DNA from: Octopus sinensis
Lineage: Eukaryota
Direction: 5' to 3'
Assembly (NCBI RefSeq): GCF_006345805.1
Contig: NC_043004.1
Span: 27,900,001-27,964,000, forward strand
Length of the DNA stretch: 64,000 nt
The notes under the pieces are model-generated. The model ran no database searches, was not told the origin of the DNA, and was given only the letters and a program-made list of their open reading frames with translations. This document shows, piece after piece, positions 39,723 through 52,713 of this stretch. The translations under genes were made by a program, and so were the position numbers. Every line of letters starts with the position of its first letter. Position 1 is the first letter of the stretch.

Positions 39723-39820
39723 TTTCTGTGTGTTAGTATTTTTCTGTGCTTCTTTCTGTGTGTTAGTATTTTTCTGTGCTTCTTTCTGTTTGTTAGTATT
39801 TTTCTGTGTGTTAGTATTTT
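39723..39820. repeat. 30-bp minisatellite, ~3 units
   Basis: Unit tttctgtgtgttagtatttttctgtgcttc. Confidence 0.85.
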
Positions 39821-40522
39821 AAATACTAAGTTGGCCCCGTACTTGGTTGGCTATTTACACCTGTTTATAATGAGCACAAACTTGCACGAAGTACAGACGT
39901 CTGCATGTTGTTTAATATACAATACATCTCAGGAAAAACAGCCTTCTTATATTCAATATGCTTGGTGGCACCCCGGTGGTACTTATCATTGTAGCAAACG
40001 TAAAACTGCCTATAATTGTATTGTTATATATATCAATTACCGGGGTGACCCACGACCTGACTGGTTATCCACGCCGGTTATATAGAGCATAAACTTACAC
40101 AAAGTATAGGTGGGTGTGTGCTTGTGTATAGTTTTATATAATTTCGGGGAACATTACTATATTTCTATATTTGGTATGTTTTGTGGTATCTTGGTAGTAC
40201 TTATAACTGTATTGTTACATATATTAAAAACCAAGGTTGCTCTCGATTTGGCTGGTTATCCACGACGGGTATATCGAATACAGACTTACATAAAGTACAG
40301 TTAGGTGCGTGTGTGTGTGTTGTGTGTGTGTGAGTGTGTGTATGAAGATATGACTGAGGTGGAATTGTGTGACAATCATGCATTTCTTAAATGAGGAAGA
40401 ACAAACACTCCATCGTCTCGATTCTTCCACGTTTCTTTTAAATTCTTTAACTTTAATTGTCATGACAACGAAGCTTCTAAGGGAGAAAAACTACAACGAA
40501 ACCAACGTCCAAAGTACATGCA

Positions 40523-40577
<55 letters not shown>

Positions 40578-40581
<4 letters not shown>

Positions 40582-40775
40582 CCAAACATGAAAACACAAA
40601 GAGGAAAACACAACAAAGCGAGGACGTGGAACAAGTATAGTGCAATTGAACGTTCAGGAAGGAAGGAAAGAAGGAGGATTTAACGTTTCGAGCGGAGCTC
40701 TTCATCAGAAACATAGGAAAAGGAAAGATCCAAGGAAGGGAAGACGGAGGGGAAAAATCGCCAACGGTACACACG
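40578..40775 (-). mobile_element. PLE pseudo-LTR remnant with canonical HHR core at 40678-40712
   Basis: Minus strand gttt-CTGATGA-a-GAGC tcc GCTC-GAA-ACGT-T-aaat; ~90% similar to 30920-31100. Confidence 0.75.
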
Positions 40776-40843
40776 CGGTCGTGTGTGTGTGTATGTATAT
40801 GTATAGTTCATGGTAGAAAATATTTATAAGTTGTTAAAATATA

Positions 40844-41033
40844 GGTGTAGGAGTGGCTGTGTGGTAAGTAGCTTGCTTACCAACCACATGGTTCCGGGTT
40901 CAGTCCCACTGCGTGGCACCTTGGGCAAGTGTCTTCTGCTATAGCCTCGGGCCGACCAAAGCCTTGTGAGTGGATCTGGTAGACGGAAACTGAAAGAAGC
41001 CCGTCGAATATATGTATGTTATATATATGTATG

Positions 41034-41080
<47 letters not shown>

Positions 41081-41270
41081 GTGGGTGTGTGTGTGTTTGT
41101 GTGTTTGTCCTCCCAACATCGCTTGACAACCAATGCTGGTGTGTTTACTTCCCCGTCACTTAGCGGTTCGGCAAATGAGACCGATGGAATAAGTTCTGGG
41201 GTCGATTTGGTCGACTAAAGGCGGTGCTCCAGCATGGCCGCAGTCAAATGACTGAAACAAGTAAAAAAGT
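40844..41270 (+). mobile_element. SINE family 1, full length
   Basis: GG(T)G(T)AGGAGTGGCTGTGTGG (A box), GGTTCAGTCCC (B box), internal microsatellite, tail GGCGGTGCTCCAGCATGGCCGCAGTCAAATGACTGAAACAAGTAAAA. Confidence 0.92.
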
Positions 41271-41414
41271 ATAAAAAAAAGCAAAGTACAGTTTTCGTTT
41301 TCGTGCATATGTGAAAATCAAACAAACCCAAGAGTGATCTCTCCTTTCCACTTTTTCCTTCTTCGATCCAAAGCAATTTTTTTACCACCCACCGAAAATT
41401 AAGTTTGGAAATAG

Positions 41415-41461
<47 letters not shown>

Positions 41462-41803
41462 GTGTGTGTGTGTGCGTGTGTGGGGTGGGGTGCGTGTGTG
41501 TGTGTGTGTATATGTGTGTGTGTATTTCTTCCTACATAATATTGGCTTTTTCAACATTTGGTTTCTTAAAACATTTCTTATTACTTTAATTTTTTTAAAA
41601 GTATTTTTATTGCAAATTAAGATGATTTCTCCCAACATTAATTAGTGTAAATGTAATAATCAGCAATTCAGCTTTGATAATGAAAGGTGCGTGGCTAATT
41701 AAGAACTTTTCGTAAAAACATAAGATGCGGGTATTCTTTTTCATCGTTCAAATTCTTTGTTGACCTGTGTTATTCTTATCGTAGTTTACAAATCCAAGCA
41801 TGA

Positions 41804-42191
41804 ATTTGGAAGCACTCCGTCGGTTACGACGACGAGGGTTCCGGTTGATCCGAATCAACGGAACAGCCCGCTCGTGAAATTAACGTGCAAGTGGCTGAGC
41901 ACTCCACAGACACGTGTACCCTTAACGTAGTTCTCGGGGATATTCAGCGTGACACAGAGAGTGACAAGGCCGGTCCTTTGAAATACAGGTACAACAGAAA
42001 CAGGAAGTAAGAGTGAGAGAAAGTTGTGGTGAAAGAGTACAGCAGGGATCACCACCATCCCCTGCCGGAGCGTCGTGGAGCTTTAGGTGTTTTCGCTCAA
42101 TAAACACTCACAACGCCCGATCTGGGAATCGAAACCGCGATCCTATGACCGCGAGTCCGCTGCCCTAACCACTGGCCATTGCGCCTCCACC
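41804..42191 (-). mobile_element. SINE family 2, full length, 10-bp TSD
   Basis: TSD ccaagcatga at 41794-41803 and 42192-42201; tRNA-like head with A/B boxes. Confidence 0.92.
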
Positions 42192-42698
42192 CCAAGCATG
42201 ACTACACACACACATATAAACATGCACTTATATATTAATGATGTACACAAATCCATGATAGGTAATCATAATATTGAAATACGCATTAAGTAAGCACATG
42301 CAGACAAATATATTCATATAACAAATTTTAAAAAAATAATAAAAATCTACAATCAATGAAGAGACAAAAGAAACAGTAAGATGATACATGTTGATTTTAT
42401 TAGGTATTTCTGTTTATTTAGAAACCTACAGTGAACAGGTCAGATCCTAAACTCTAAATTTCACAGGGTGCAAAAAGTTGACAACAGGGAAAATTTCTGC
42501 CTCGCTAATGGCTAAAAATATACAGTTTTTTCGATTTTTAAACTTCTGTAACTTTTTCGCCAAATTTTTATTCTCCACATCATTCTTTCAAAGCAATAAT
42601 AACAGGAAGGCTACATTATTATAGGCAATTTTCAGATTTTTAAAAAAATCCATATTTTGCGAACGAAAAAAAACTAGATCCATATATATATATTATAT

Positions 42699-42742
<44 letters not shown>

Positions 42743-42752
42743 TACATACATA

Positions 42753-44004
42753 CAAGGGTTGGACAAATAATGGAAACACCTAGCATCATAATTTTGAAAT
42801 ATCTATAAAACCGTCAAAAGCTTGTTTATTTTTTAAAATGTTTTTTGATTTATTAATAGTGTTGCTTAATATGTTTTGCTAAAATTACTGTTTCATTTCA
42901 GATATGATCAGAGAAAGGTAATTAAAATTCATTAAAATGACAGATCTATTGAACTTTCAAAGAGGTCAAATTGTTGGTGCTCGTATGGTAGGCGCTAGCG
43001 CAAAGAAGACAGCTGAAATGTTTGGTGTATTAAGATGTATCGTCTCGAAAGTAATGACATCCTTTGAGAAGGAGAAAAAAAAACTCTCGTCAAAGCAAAT
43101 TCCGGAAGAAAACCAAAACTTTCAGATAGGGACTGTCAAACTTATGCAAATTGTTAGAAAGGATCACAAAAGTATACCTTTCAAAATTACTGCAGAGTTT
43201 AATGACCACCTCGAGAATCCAGTTTCCACAAAAATCGTTCGTCGGGAGCTGCCCAAAGTCGGATTTCACGGGAGAGCTGCAATCAGAAAACCATTTCTTT
43301 CAAAAGCAAGCGTTGCAAAGCGTTTAGAATGGAGTGAAAAACCTACAGAATTAGTCCCTAGAATGTTATTTTCTCGGACAAGTCATCGTTTACCTTATTT
43401 CCGACTACCGGCCGAGTATAAGTGTGGAGACAGCTAAAAGAGGCATTTGACCCAGATTGCCTTCTTCCAACTGTTAAATATGGAGGAGGATCTGTGATGA
43501 TCTGGGGTGCTGTGTCTTAGAAATCCACCGGCCCTATGGTTTCCCTTCATGGTAGATTTAATAGTCAAGACTATTTAAGCATTTTATCTGATCAAATTCA
43601 TCTTATGGTTGCGGAACTGTTTCAGAAGGGAAACGCAATCTTTCAGGATCATAGTGCACTAATTCCCACAGCTAAAATTGTTACTGAATGGCACGAGGAA
43701 TATTATAGTGAAGTTGAACATCTTATCTGGCCACCACAGTTCCCATATCTTAATATTATTGAAAAATTATGGTGCATTTTAGAAAAACAAGTAAGTAGTC
43801 GATATCATCTAGTATCAAGGTTACAAGAACTGGAAACTCTTTTAGCTGAAGAATGGACAAAAATTCCTTTGGAAACAATACAAAATTTGTACGAGTTCAT
43901 ACCTGATAGAATTCAAGGTGTAATTACTGCCAAAGGCGGTCCAACCCCATATTAAAATAAATTTGTTTAAAATTTGAAGGTGTTTCCATTATTTTGTCCA
44001 ACTC

Positions 44005-44007
<3 letters not shown>
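42753..44007 (+). mobile_element. Full-length decayed Tc1-family transposon (1255 bp), DD36E (Incomer-like)
   Basis: TIRs CAAGGGTTGGACAAATAATGGAAACACC / reverse complement CAGGAGTTGGACAAAATAATGGAAACACC, with a TA TSD on both sides. Confidence 0.92.
42937..43955 (+). pseudogene. Tc1 transposase (frameshifts and stops)
   Basis: MTDLLNFQRGQIVGARMVGAS (paired HTH), GRAAIRKP, FSD, GGGSVMIWG, FQD(H)SALIP..WPPQFPYLNIIEKLW, GGPTPY*. Track ORFs 42937-43437 and 43536-43955. Confidence 0.92.
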
Positions 44008-44050
<43 letters not shown>

Positions 44051-44052
<2 letters not shown>

Positions 44053-44436
44053 TCTTTTACTCTTTTACTTGTTTCAGTCATTTGACTGCGGCCATGCTGG
44101 AGCACCGCCTTTAGTCGAGAAAAATCAACCCCAGGACTTATTCTTTGTAAGCCTAGTACTTATTCTATCGGTCTCTTTAGCCGAACCGCTAAGTTACGGT
44201 GGTCAAGCGATGTTGGGGGGAAAAACACAGACACCCAAACATATACGCACATATACATATATATACATATATACGACGGGCTTCTTTCAGTTTCTGTCTA
44301 CCAAATCCACTCACAATGCTTTGGTTGCCCCGAGGCTATAGTAGAAGACACTTGCCCAAGGTGCCCAGCAGTGGGACTGAACCCAGAACCATGTGGTTGG
44401 TAGGCAAGCTACTTACCACACAGCCACTCCTGCGCC
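44051..44436 (-). mobile_element. SINE family 1, full length
   Basis: Reverse complement of the 53476 consensus, with a short internal deletion in the tail. Confidence 0.92.
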
Positions 44437-44448
44437 TATATATATATG

Positions 44449-44480
<32 letters not shown>

Positions 44481-44481
<1 letters not shown>

Positions 44482-45064
44482 TATTAAAAAGGATGAAGCC
44501 TTTTTCTCTACAGAAAAAAAACTCCATCAGGAATTGTGGCAGTATATTAAAAGAACCTTTACAGTTAAAAATTATAAATATCTTATAAGCAAGGGCCAAA
44601 GAAGATTATTCTAAAGCCAATATACTGATATTCCACATTTAATCTACTTGCTACAGAAAGTTGAACTGAAATTCTGGCAACTAAACCTTTGGAACATTTA
44701 AATTTCGTTATCTCAATATTGAATCAATTTCGGAATTAACAACATAAGGATTCGTTCGTCTTCAGTTGAGCTTACGAGAGAATATAAGTAAGATACTCAC
44801 ATGCGCCTCTGTCAACAGCCGAAGCGAATAACACAAGTACATCTAAGTAACCCAATTATATCCAAAAATAAAAGTTCTTAGGTCAGTCTCAGGACAACAT
44901 GTTAATTCCGAAACTGATTCAATATTGAGATAACGAAATTTAAATGTTCCAAAGGTTTTTAGTTGCCCGAATTTCAGTTCAACTTTCCGTAGCAAGTAGA
45001 TTAAATGTGGAATATCAGTATATTGGCTTTAGAATAAACTTCTTTAGCCCTTGCTTATAAGATA
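44481..45064. repeat. Fold-back of the 33248/33717 repeat family (arms 44578-44741 and 44899-45064, 157-bp spacer)
   Basis: The ~165-bp arms are ~95% identical with true substitutions (gccaaa/gctaaa, acagaaag/acggaaag, tcaattt/tcagttt). Confidence 0.85.
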
Positions 45065-45446
45065 TATATATATATACATGTATAAAGAGAGAGAGTGGGA
45101 GAGAGATGGGAAGAAAGAGAAAGCGAGAGAGATATTAAAATAAAATAGAAAACAAAAATATTTGACATCGCTCAAGAGAAAATTTAACTTAGATACAGAA
45201 TACTCAATATAACATTTGTTTCTTTTTTTTTAGTGATGCCAAATATTTTGCTTCTTCATTTTTTATTTTAATCTATATCCACCCGCTCAAAGAGACAACA
45301 CTTAGCCGCCTTCGACAGGCAGTCTCAACATTACATTGTTCGGCTGTAGTTCAAGCCGGCGTTTTAGTGATAAACCAAACTGACCGCCTATAGTACATAC
45401 CTACTGCATTACGTCATATGACGAAAACTCCTTGTAAATATGTATA

Positions 45447-45857
45447 CTCTCTTTACTCTTTTACATGTTTCAGTCATTTGACTGCGGTCATACTAGAGCA
45501 CCGCCTTTAGAGGAGCAAATCGACCCCAGGATTTATTCTTTGTAAGCCTAGTACTTATTCTATCGGTCTTTTTCCCCGAGCCATTAAGTTACGGGGACGT
45601 AAACACACCAGCATCTGTTGTCCAGCGATGTTTGGAGACAAACACAGATACACAAACACACACACACACACATATATACATATATACGACGCGCTTCTTT
45701 CAGTTTCCGTCTACCAAATCCACTCACAATGCTTTGGTCGACCCGGGGATATAGTAGAAGATACTTGCCCAAGGTACCACGCAGTGGGGCTGAACTCGGA
45801 ACCATGTGGTTGGTAAGCAGGTAAGCAAGCTACTTACCACACAGCCACTCCTGCGCC
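45447..45857 (-). mobile_element. SINE family 1, full length
   Basis: Reverse complement of the family consensus, tail (TCTTTTAC)n. Confidence 0.92.
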
Positions 45858-45943
<86 letters not shown>

Positions 45944-46287
45944 GGCGTGTAAATTAGTCCCTGCATAGACACACACACGCACGCATATTCACACACCTAA
46001 GTTACGTAACAGAAAACTAGTTTTAAACATCTAAAAGAACACAGATGGTGTTAATTACACGCCATATTTATTTCTTGACGTATCAAAACTTTTACCCTCA
46101 CTTCTGCGACTTGGCTCAGTTTTACAGAGATCATGTCGGTTTATGAAATTAACGAAAAGTGGACTGTACAGTTTTGGAGTATTTCATTAATTGGTTTAAC
46201 AAGGTCTAAGACCACTTTACTGAGTTATATACACACAGGCACTCACACACGTAAGCGCACACACAGAAAAATGTATATATATATATA

Positions 46288-46358
<71 letters not shown>

Positions 46359-46362
<4 letters not shown>

Positions 46363-46500
46363 AGAATTCACACAAAAAAACAAAGACGAAGACAGGTTGT
46401 GTAGACAACAACGGGAAGTGATAATGTCTTTAACGTTTCGAGCCTACGCTCTTCCACAGAAAGGAACACAGGAAGAAACAAAGAGAGAAAATAAAGAATA
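46359..46500 (-). mobile_element. PLE pseudo-LTR remnant with HHR variant CUGUGGA at 46428-46463
   Basis: cttt-CTGTGGA-a-GAGC gtag GCTC-GAA-ACGT-T-aaag. Confidence 0.7.
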
Positions 46501-47199
46501 TATATATATATATATACAAACATACATATATGCATGTCTGTATATAATACGTATATTTATTTATACACAAGTCCCTTCAAACACTAGCGAGACAGCTAGA
46601 TGTCACCAGCTTTCTTGTCCAACAACGCTGTCCGAGAAAATCTCCTCTTTAGTGTATCTGGTATCGCTGGAATGCCGATCTCATTTCTACACCATGTGAC
46701 TCGCCTTGACCAATGGCAGCTTAGTTTCCGTTAGCCAGCTTGGACTTCTTGCATCATCTCCATTCAGTTAACTGATCTCGACGAGGTAGGTTTCTGTAAG
46801 AAGCTTACGAAACTTTAAGTCACATAGGGTCAAATCAAGAAGTTTTAGATGATAATATATACTTGTAGATAGATTAAGAGTTAGCTACATTGATATATAG
46901 ATGGAAGGATGGATAAATGGATCGATACTTTGGTACTTAGGTATACAGATAGATAAGTAGGTAGGCTGGTAGATAGGAAGGTAGATAATTAGATTGATTT
47001 CTAAATAGATAGATCGATCGATATATAGCTAGAAAAAAATATGGTAGAGTAAAATGATTGACAGTTAGAAAAAAGACATACATTTATTTTTTAATCAAAA
47101 GGCAATCAAGTTCGACAGATAGATGTCGAAAGACCACTACGCCAAAAATATAACTCTATAAAGAAAATAAATAAATAAATAAATAATAAGGCGATTAAA

Positions 47200-47770
47200 A
47201 AAATAAAGCCAAAAATATATAATAGAGGAGAAAAAGATAAAGAAAGAAGAGCTTTCAAGAGAAGTAGGAAAGGGTTGAATAAATAAGTAGGAATGAAATT
47301 GGGTAGGATGCAGGGGTGGGTGGGATAGTGAAAAGAAATGGGAGAGAGACGGAGGTAGTAGAAGGGTAGAAGTGTCAGGGAGGTCTGAGTAGGAGAGAAA
47401 GTGGGAGTGAATTTGTGCAGGAGTAAATGAGAATGATGGGGTGAAATGAAAGATGAGGTGAGGTGGAGGTTAAGATGTGGAAGAAAGGTGAATGAAGAAC
47501 ATTTGGTGGGGACAGGGGCAAGTAAGTGTTGTGGAAGAGAAAGGATGGAGGGACATGGAGGGAAGGGCAGAGACAGTAGGGAAAAAAGTGACGGCGTGTA
47601 AGGGAGAGTAGAAGACTGGAAGTGAGAATGGACTAATAGAAGGGAGATGAAGTGGGCGGAAGAAGTTAAAGGAAAAGTAGGCTGGAGGGAAGGGAAGTGT
47701 GAGGAAGGGGGTAAAGGTGAAAGAGAGAGAGAGAGAGAGAGAGTAAAAGGGAAAGTGTATGAAGGAGGAA
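47200..47770. repeat. Purine-rich (GA-rich) low-complexity tract; similar tract at 60770-60910
   Basis: Strong strand asymmetry with no clear unit. Confidence 0.7.
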
Positions 47771-47829
47771 CACTAGATTGTTATAAATTATCTTTGTACA
47801 AAAGGTGATAGCGATCATTGCTTAATTAA

Positions 47830-48395
47830 TAATCCTTCCTACTACAGGTACAAGGCGTAAGATTTAGGGGCAGGGGACTTTTGAATTACATCAACCCTAC
47901 TGCTCAACTAGTACTTATTTTACGTAAAGACGGACGAAATGCCACTTAGCATTTTGCCCAGCGTGCTAAAGATTTTGCCACCTCGCTGCCTTATAAACTA
48001 AAAATATTGATTTCAAATTTTCGTACAAAGCCGGTAATTTTAGGGGAGGGAAAAAGTCGATTATATCGACCCCAGTCCTCAACTGGTACTTATTTTATCG
48101 ATCCCGAAAGGGTGAAGTGCAAAGTCGACCTTGGAGAAACTTGAATTCAGAAAGTAAAAACGGACGAAATGCCGCAAAGCATTTTGCCTGGCGTGCTAAG
48201 TTTTCTCAGCTCCACTGCCTGATTCCAAAGTTTGGCACAACGTCAGCAAGTTCGGAATGGGGGTGGGGTTTAGGCGATACCAGTGTTCAGCTGATGCTTA
48301 TTTTATCGACCTCGAAAGGATGAAAGGCAAAGTCGAACTCGACGGATTTTTAACTCAGAACTAGAAGACGGACAGCTCGCCAGCTCGCCACCTAA
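47830..48395 (-). mobile_element. Three head-to-tail decayed SINE family 3 copies
   Basis: Repeated ggtacttattttatcgac..gaaaggatgaaaggcaaagtcga..gaactcagaa motifs at ~47900, 48085 and 48300. Confidence 0.8.
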
Positions 48396-48529
48396 ATAAA
48401 CCACAAATATTAAACAATAAAAAGCAAATGGTAAAAATAAACAATGTGAATGATAAAGAATATAAAACAGAAGAACTAAAAATAAATAAGAAGCAAACAA
48501 TTAATAAACAGGATATTAACGGAACCCGG

Positions 48530-49200
48530 CAACACTTTCCTTCTCCAAGCGACTCAAACCGGTCGGACTTTTGGTTGAGAATTGTTAGTAACGTATCTTA
48601 GTATGAAACACTTGTGGTACATGCTGGAAGGTTCTGTGTTTTCTTTCTACACTTATCACAAACCTCTAACATACGCTCTGCGTTCCAAGCCTGACCGTCA
48701 CTCGCCGAGGGAAATTCGGCACCTTGAATTCATATTCCAATACACCACATATGTTCGGCACATTAAGAGCTCATATAATTCTGCTGTTGACGCACTTTCT
48801 CGCATCCATATCGCCGCAGTACTTATTATTGCTTTTATAAATCTCCCAGAGTTAGCTGCTGACTCGGAAAACGATAAAGAACTTCTCAAACTTCGAAATT
48901 TCTTTCTCTTTCAAACTTCCCTCTTCTGGTGCAGCATTTCTACGGGTCACGAACGTATCTACGTTCCAAAGAAGCACAGACATTTTTTTTTTTGCTGTTC
49001 TGCACAATCTATCTCGTCCTGGAGCAAATTTCACCCCGAAGATGATCGCCGCCCAATTTGCATAAGCTTTTATGAACAAAGATGTCAGGGAATGGGCCAA
49101 GAGTTGCATCTCTTGACAGAAGGCGAAAGGTCATCACCATATTAAATCACATCTGGGAACTTTCACAACACACGATGCAGTTTCAACAGATGCAGAATGG
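48530..49200 (+). pseudogene. Ty3/Gypsy LTR-retrotransposon pol remnant (RNase H to integrase zinc finger)
   Basis: FSKRLKP..ELL..YL.MKHLWYMLEG..F..YT(D)HKPLTYAL..RHSPREIRHLEFI..VRHI..N.A.DALSRI, then LHNLS(H)PG..MNKDVREWAKSCIS(C)QKAK (HHCC). Confidence 0.88.
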
Positions 49201-50964
49201 CATCCTCGTCTGTGTGTCCATGTTCACTGGCGTAAATTAGTGTGCTGAACTGTGTTCTTTTATGAAAAATCTATTTCAGCCTTTCTACAAACAGAAATCA
49301 ATAAAATATGTATCAGAATGAAATAAGGGCTATGGTGCCCCGAAAGCGGTGCCCCAGGATGGCTGCAGTCCACTGAAGAATAAAGAAGAATGAAATCATT
49401 GCAACATTCAGTTCATCTTTCATAAAAATATTGTACTTTCTTCTTAATATGGCCAAGTGGATTGCAACTGTATGGATAAGATTACGACAGCAGAACGTTT
49501 GATTCGATTTCGATTCACGGTTGTACACTCTTTTCCCTTTGTTGTGGCTTCTAATATTTTGGGTGTAGTAACGAACATCACATCATCCACTTTTCCTTTA
49601 CACTTGTTGTTAGAAAATCTGAGAGAAACCGGTGGTCACTTCTGTCCACATTATGAGCTGTATAAATTGCACCAGCAAAAGAAACTGGTGATGTGGTTTC
49701 AACTCCCATTTAATGCTGTTTCATTCTCACCACCGTCGTTTCCTATTATCACTTAATATCTTCTCCTCTATAAATGCCATTTTTGATTGTTATCATATCA
49801 TGCCCTCTTCTCGAAAATATCATAGCCTTCTCCGTCAAATGTAATCTGTTTTCAAAAATGATAGAGCGCCGCATTGAATTCATCAACATGCTTACTTTAA
49901 TCCCTTTATATTTCCCGTTTAAATCCTACGATGCCTCCCATCCTTCCGGGATCGATAAGGAGCGGTAATATGGCGGGAAATAGATCCAGTAAACTGTGTT
50001 TATCCTCTACAGAATTGAAAACACATGATGACATGATATTAATAATAACAATAGTTGTAGTAGTAGAAGTAGTAGTGGTAGCAGCAGCAATAGCAGTAGT
50101 AGTAGTAGTAGTAATTGGCCTTCTGCCGAGTGCCAGTATATTAATATTCATTAGTGTCGGTTGATGGGGTCTGATGTTATGAATGGATATTATCCATCTT
50201 ATGTGGAAATATATTAAGTAACTAGCCAAGCGTAACATTGGGGGCTGATAAATAAAAGGGGCCAACACTGTAATACCAGTTTTGTTTTTTTTGTTTTGAG
50301 GTGAGGTGGGGACCACAGTAGTCCGCCCTTTTGTTTATTGATTGTAAACAGTCACTAATAAATAGTGTGACGAAAGAGGGATGGGGGCGTTGCAGAGTAA
50401 ATACAGTGAATAGGGATATAGAGGTCTCATTGTGGATGTTGCTGCTGCTTTATTGATATTGTTGTTGCTGCTATTGTTGTTCATGTTGGTGTTGTTCTGG
50501 CTTTTGTTATTGATGTTGCTGCTCTTACCGCTAATATCATCGTTGTTGCCGCCACTGCTGCCGCCACCGTGGTTACTGCTACTGCTGCTGTTGTTGTTGT
50601 TGTTGTTCGTCTTGCTGCAGATATTGTTGTCCATGTTGTTGGCATTGCTCCTGCTGCTGCTGCTGCTGCTGCTGGCGGTGATATCACTCTTACTGTTGTT
50701 GTTGCTATTAATGTTGCTGTAGTTACTGATTCTGTTGTCATTGGTGTTGTCATTGCTATGGGTACTGTTGTTGCTGTTGCTGCTGTTTCTGTTGAGCGAA
50801 GCGGTCTTCGCCCCCAGAGCTCGCAAGATGGGAGAAGTCCGAAACGTGGTCCTTTGCTATTCATAAGACCCGCAGAAGAGAAAGCAGGTCAACCCCACGA
50901 CACCGAGAGCATCGACGGATGGATGAATGCGCATCCAGACTCAGCGGTTGCGTTGGAAATCGGG

Positions 50965-51164
50965 GACAAGAAACAAGAAGAAAGAGTGAGAGAAAGTTGG
51001 GGCGAAAGAGTACAACAGGGGTCACCACCATCCCCTGCCGGAGCCTCGTTGAGCTTTAGGTGTTTTCGCTCAATAAACACACACAACGCCCGGTCTGGGA
51101 ATCGAAACCGCGATCCTCCGACCGCGAGTCCGCTGCCCTAACCATTGGGCCATTGCGCCTCCAC
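50965..51164 (-). mobile_element. SINE family 2, 5' half
   Basis: Matches 41995-42191. Confidence 0.85.
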
Positions 51165-51861
51165 TGTTGTTGGCTTTGCTGATACTGCTGTCTAGCCCTA
51201 GGTGATCTGTAAATGAATAAGCAAACATATAAGGAAATGTGCTCTAGCCGTGACCATCCCATCTCTATTTCATGAGATGTGGTGGACTGGCGTCAGCCAC
51301 AATATGACGAGATTTGTTGCAATAATGAACAAGCATTTGTGGTCGTAGTGATGTCATTGGTATGGTTGTGTTGGTGCTGTTTAGCCACATGGCAGGCTTT
51401 ATCAAGCAGGCATACGATCAGCGGCGTTCCAACTTTAGCCACTCCATCCATATTTACACATAATGTATTCATTCATTCTGAATGTCCTTCCTTGCACTAA
51501 GACAGTAGAGCGTGATTTGACGGCGATTTGGTGCTATTTCCAACACACTGAGCAATCAAGCAAAGGCTTCCTCGTGTTCAATGTGTTGGTAGGGGTATGG
51601 AGGCCGTTGTTGCTTCAATAATCTCTGATTGAGCAGACTTATGATCAAATACGATCTAGCCTTGACCAATTCTCCTTTATTCCTTTTAGGCATAGTGAAT
51701 CTATGACTAGATTTTCCAGTGTGTTCTCTTTCTGTTAAGACTGTAAGGTATGTTGTGGGGACGATTAGGTTGCTACGTCTAGCAGGTGACGTGAGCATGT
51801 AGATATAACAGCCAAATCACTTGTTGACTCGAGGCTGTGATGTATGATTTAGGTGTTTGTC

Positions 51862-51903
<42 letters not shown>

Positions 51904-52059
51904 TAGTAGTAGTAGTAGTTCTCTCATGATATGCTGACAAAATGAAAATTGAATGCTAGAATTTGTTGGTCGATGGGAGATCAGTGTCTATACACGCATA
52001 TATGAACACCACACACTCACATACACATACACGAAAACACACATATTCATAGTAGAGGA

Positions 52060-52580
52060 GTTTAAGTATGTGGTACGAGGCAGAGGGTTGAATTGGGTGC
52101 CAAAATTGCAGCGGCGGGTACAGCAGTGCTCCATCCCTAGCGTCCGATCCTCAGAAGAGGAGACGTTGGTAAAAGAAAAAAAAAGAAGCCAAACTTGCTT
52201 TTGTCAACTCTACGAATACAAGAGGCTGAAATTGGGATCCTCCAAAGGATCTCTGGAGGAATATTATTCGACAGGATGCATAACTCGGAGATCGGAATAT
52301 CTCACCAGGTCGAGCCGTTACTTCTCTGTATTGAGAGGTCACATCTCTGGCACTACGGACATGTAGTTAGCATACCGCTGGAAAGATTCGCAAGACAGAT
52401 TCTTCAAGTCGAGTCAACCGACAGGAGATATCAATTTGGCCCACAAATAAAATGGGTTGGGTACTATCCATAGTCTCAGTTGGCAAAGCTTGGAAATCTA
52501 GCCAGAAAGTTTTATGATGCTTGCTTCTGATAGGATTCCCGGGTGGAAGTACTGAGGACTCTGCTCCCATCACCTTCCCA
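52060..52580 (+). mobile_element. RTE-clade LINE 3' fragment
   Basis: ORF 52195-52473: RIQEAEIGILQRISG..LFDRMHNSEI..QVEPLLLCIERSHL..YGHVV..P.ER.ARQIL, matching the RTE C-terminal A.EM..LRRI.G..DR.R....R..L..W.GHV.RM pattern. Confidence 0.85.
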
Positions 52581-52621
52581 GGCAACAAAAATTGATAGCA
52601 CACACACGCACAGACACACAG

Positions 52622-52663
<42 letters not shown>

Positions 52664-52678
52664 ACACACACACACCAC

Positions 52679-52713
<35 letters not shown>

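Larger units (their letters stand above)
39399..42681. mobile_element. Putative non-autonomous ISL2EU-like DNA transposon (3.28 kb) containing nested SINEs and a PLE remnant
   Basis: Left TIR GGATCTAGTCTTTCTCATTCGCAAAAT (39399-39425) vs reverse complement of the right end GGATCTAGTTTTTTTTCGTTCGCAAAAT (42654-42681). Both ends are embedded in (AT)n. No transposase was recognised. Confidence 0.6.

Noticed and set aside
41804-42191. tRNA gene-like heads in SINE families
   Set aside because: A/B boxes only; no complete cloverleaf, and they continue into SINE bodies with TSDs.
49440-49640. Minus-strand open frame after a ctctcag acceptor (FSNNKCKGKVDDVMFV..)
   Set aside because: No convincing donor, no recognisable homology, and the length is within chance.
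50335-51141. N/S/Q-rich or V/A-rich ORFs of 96-190 aa
   Set aside because: Interrupted GTT/GCT array open in several frames on both strands; the 3' part runs into a SINE.
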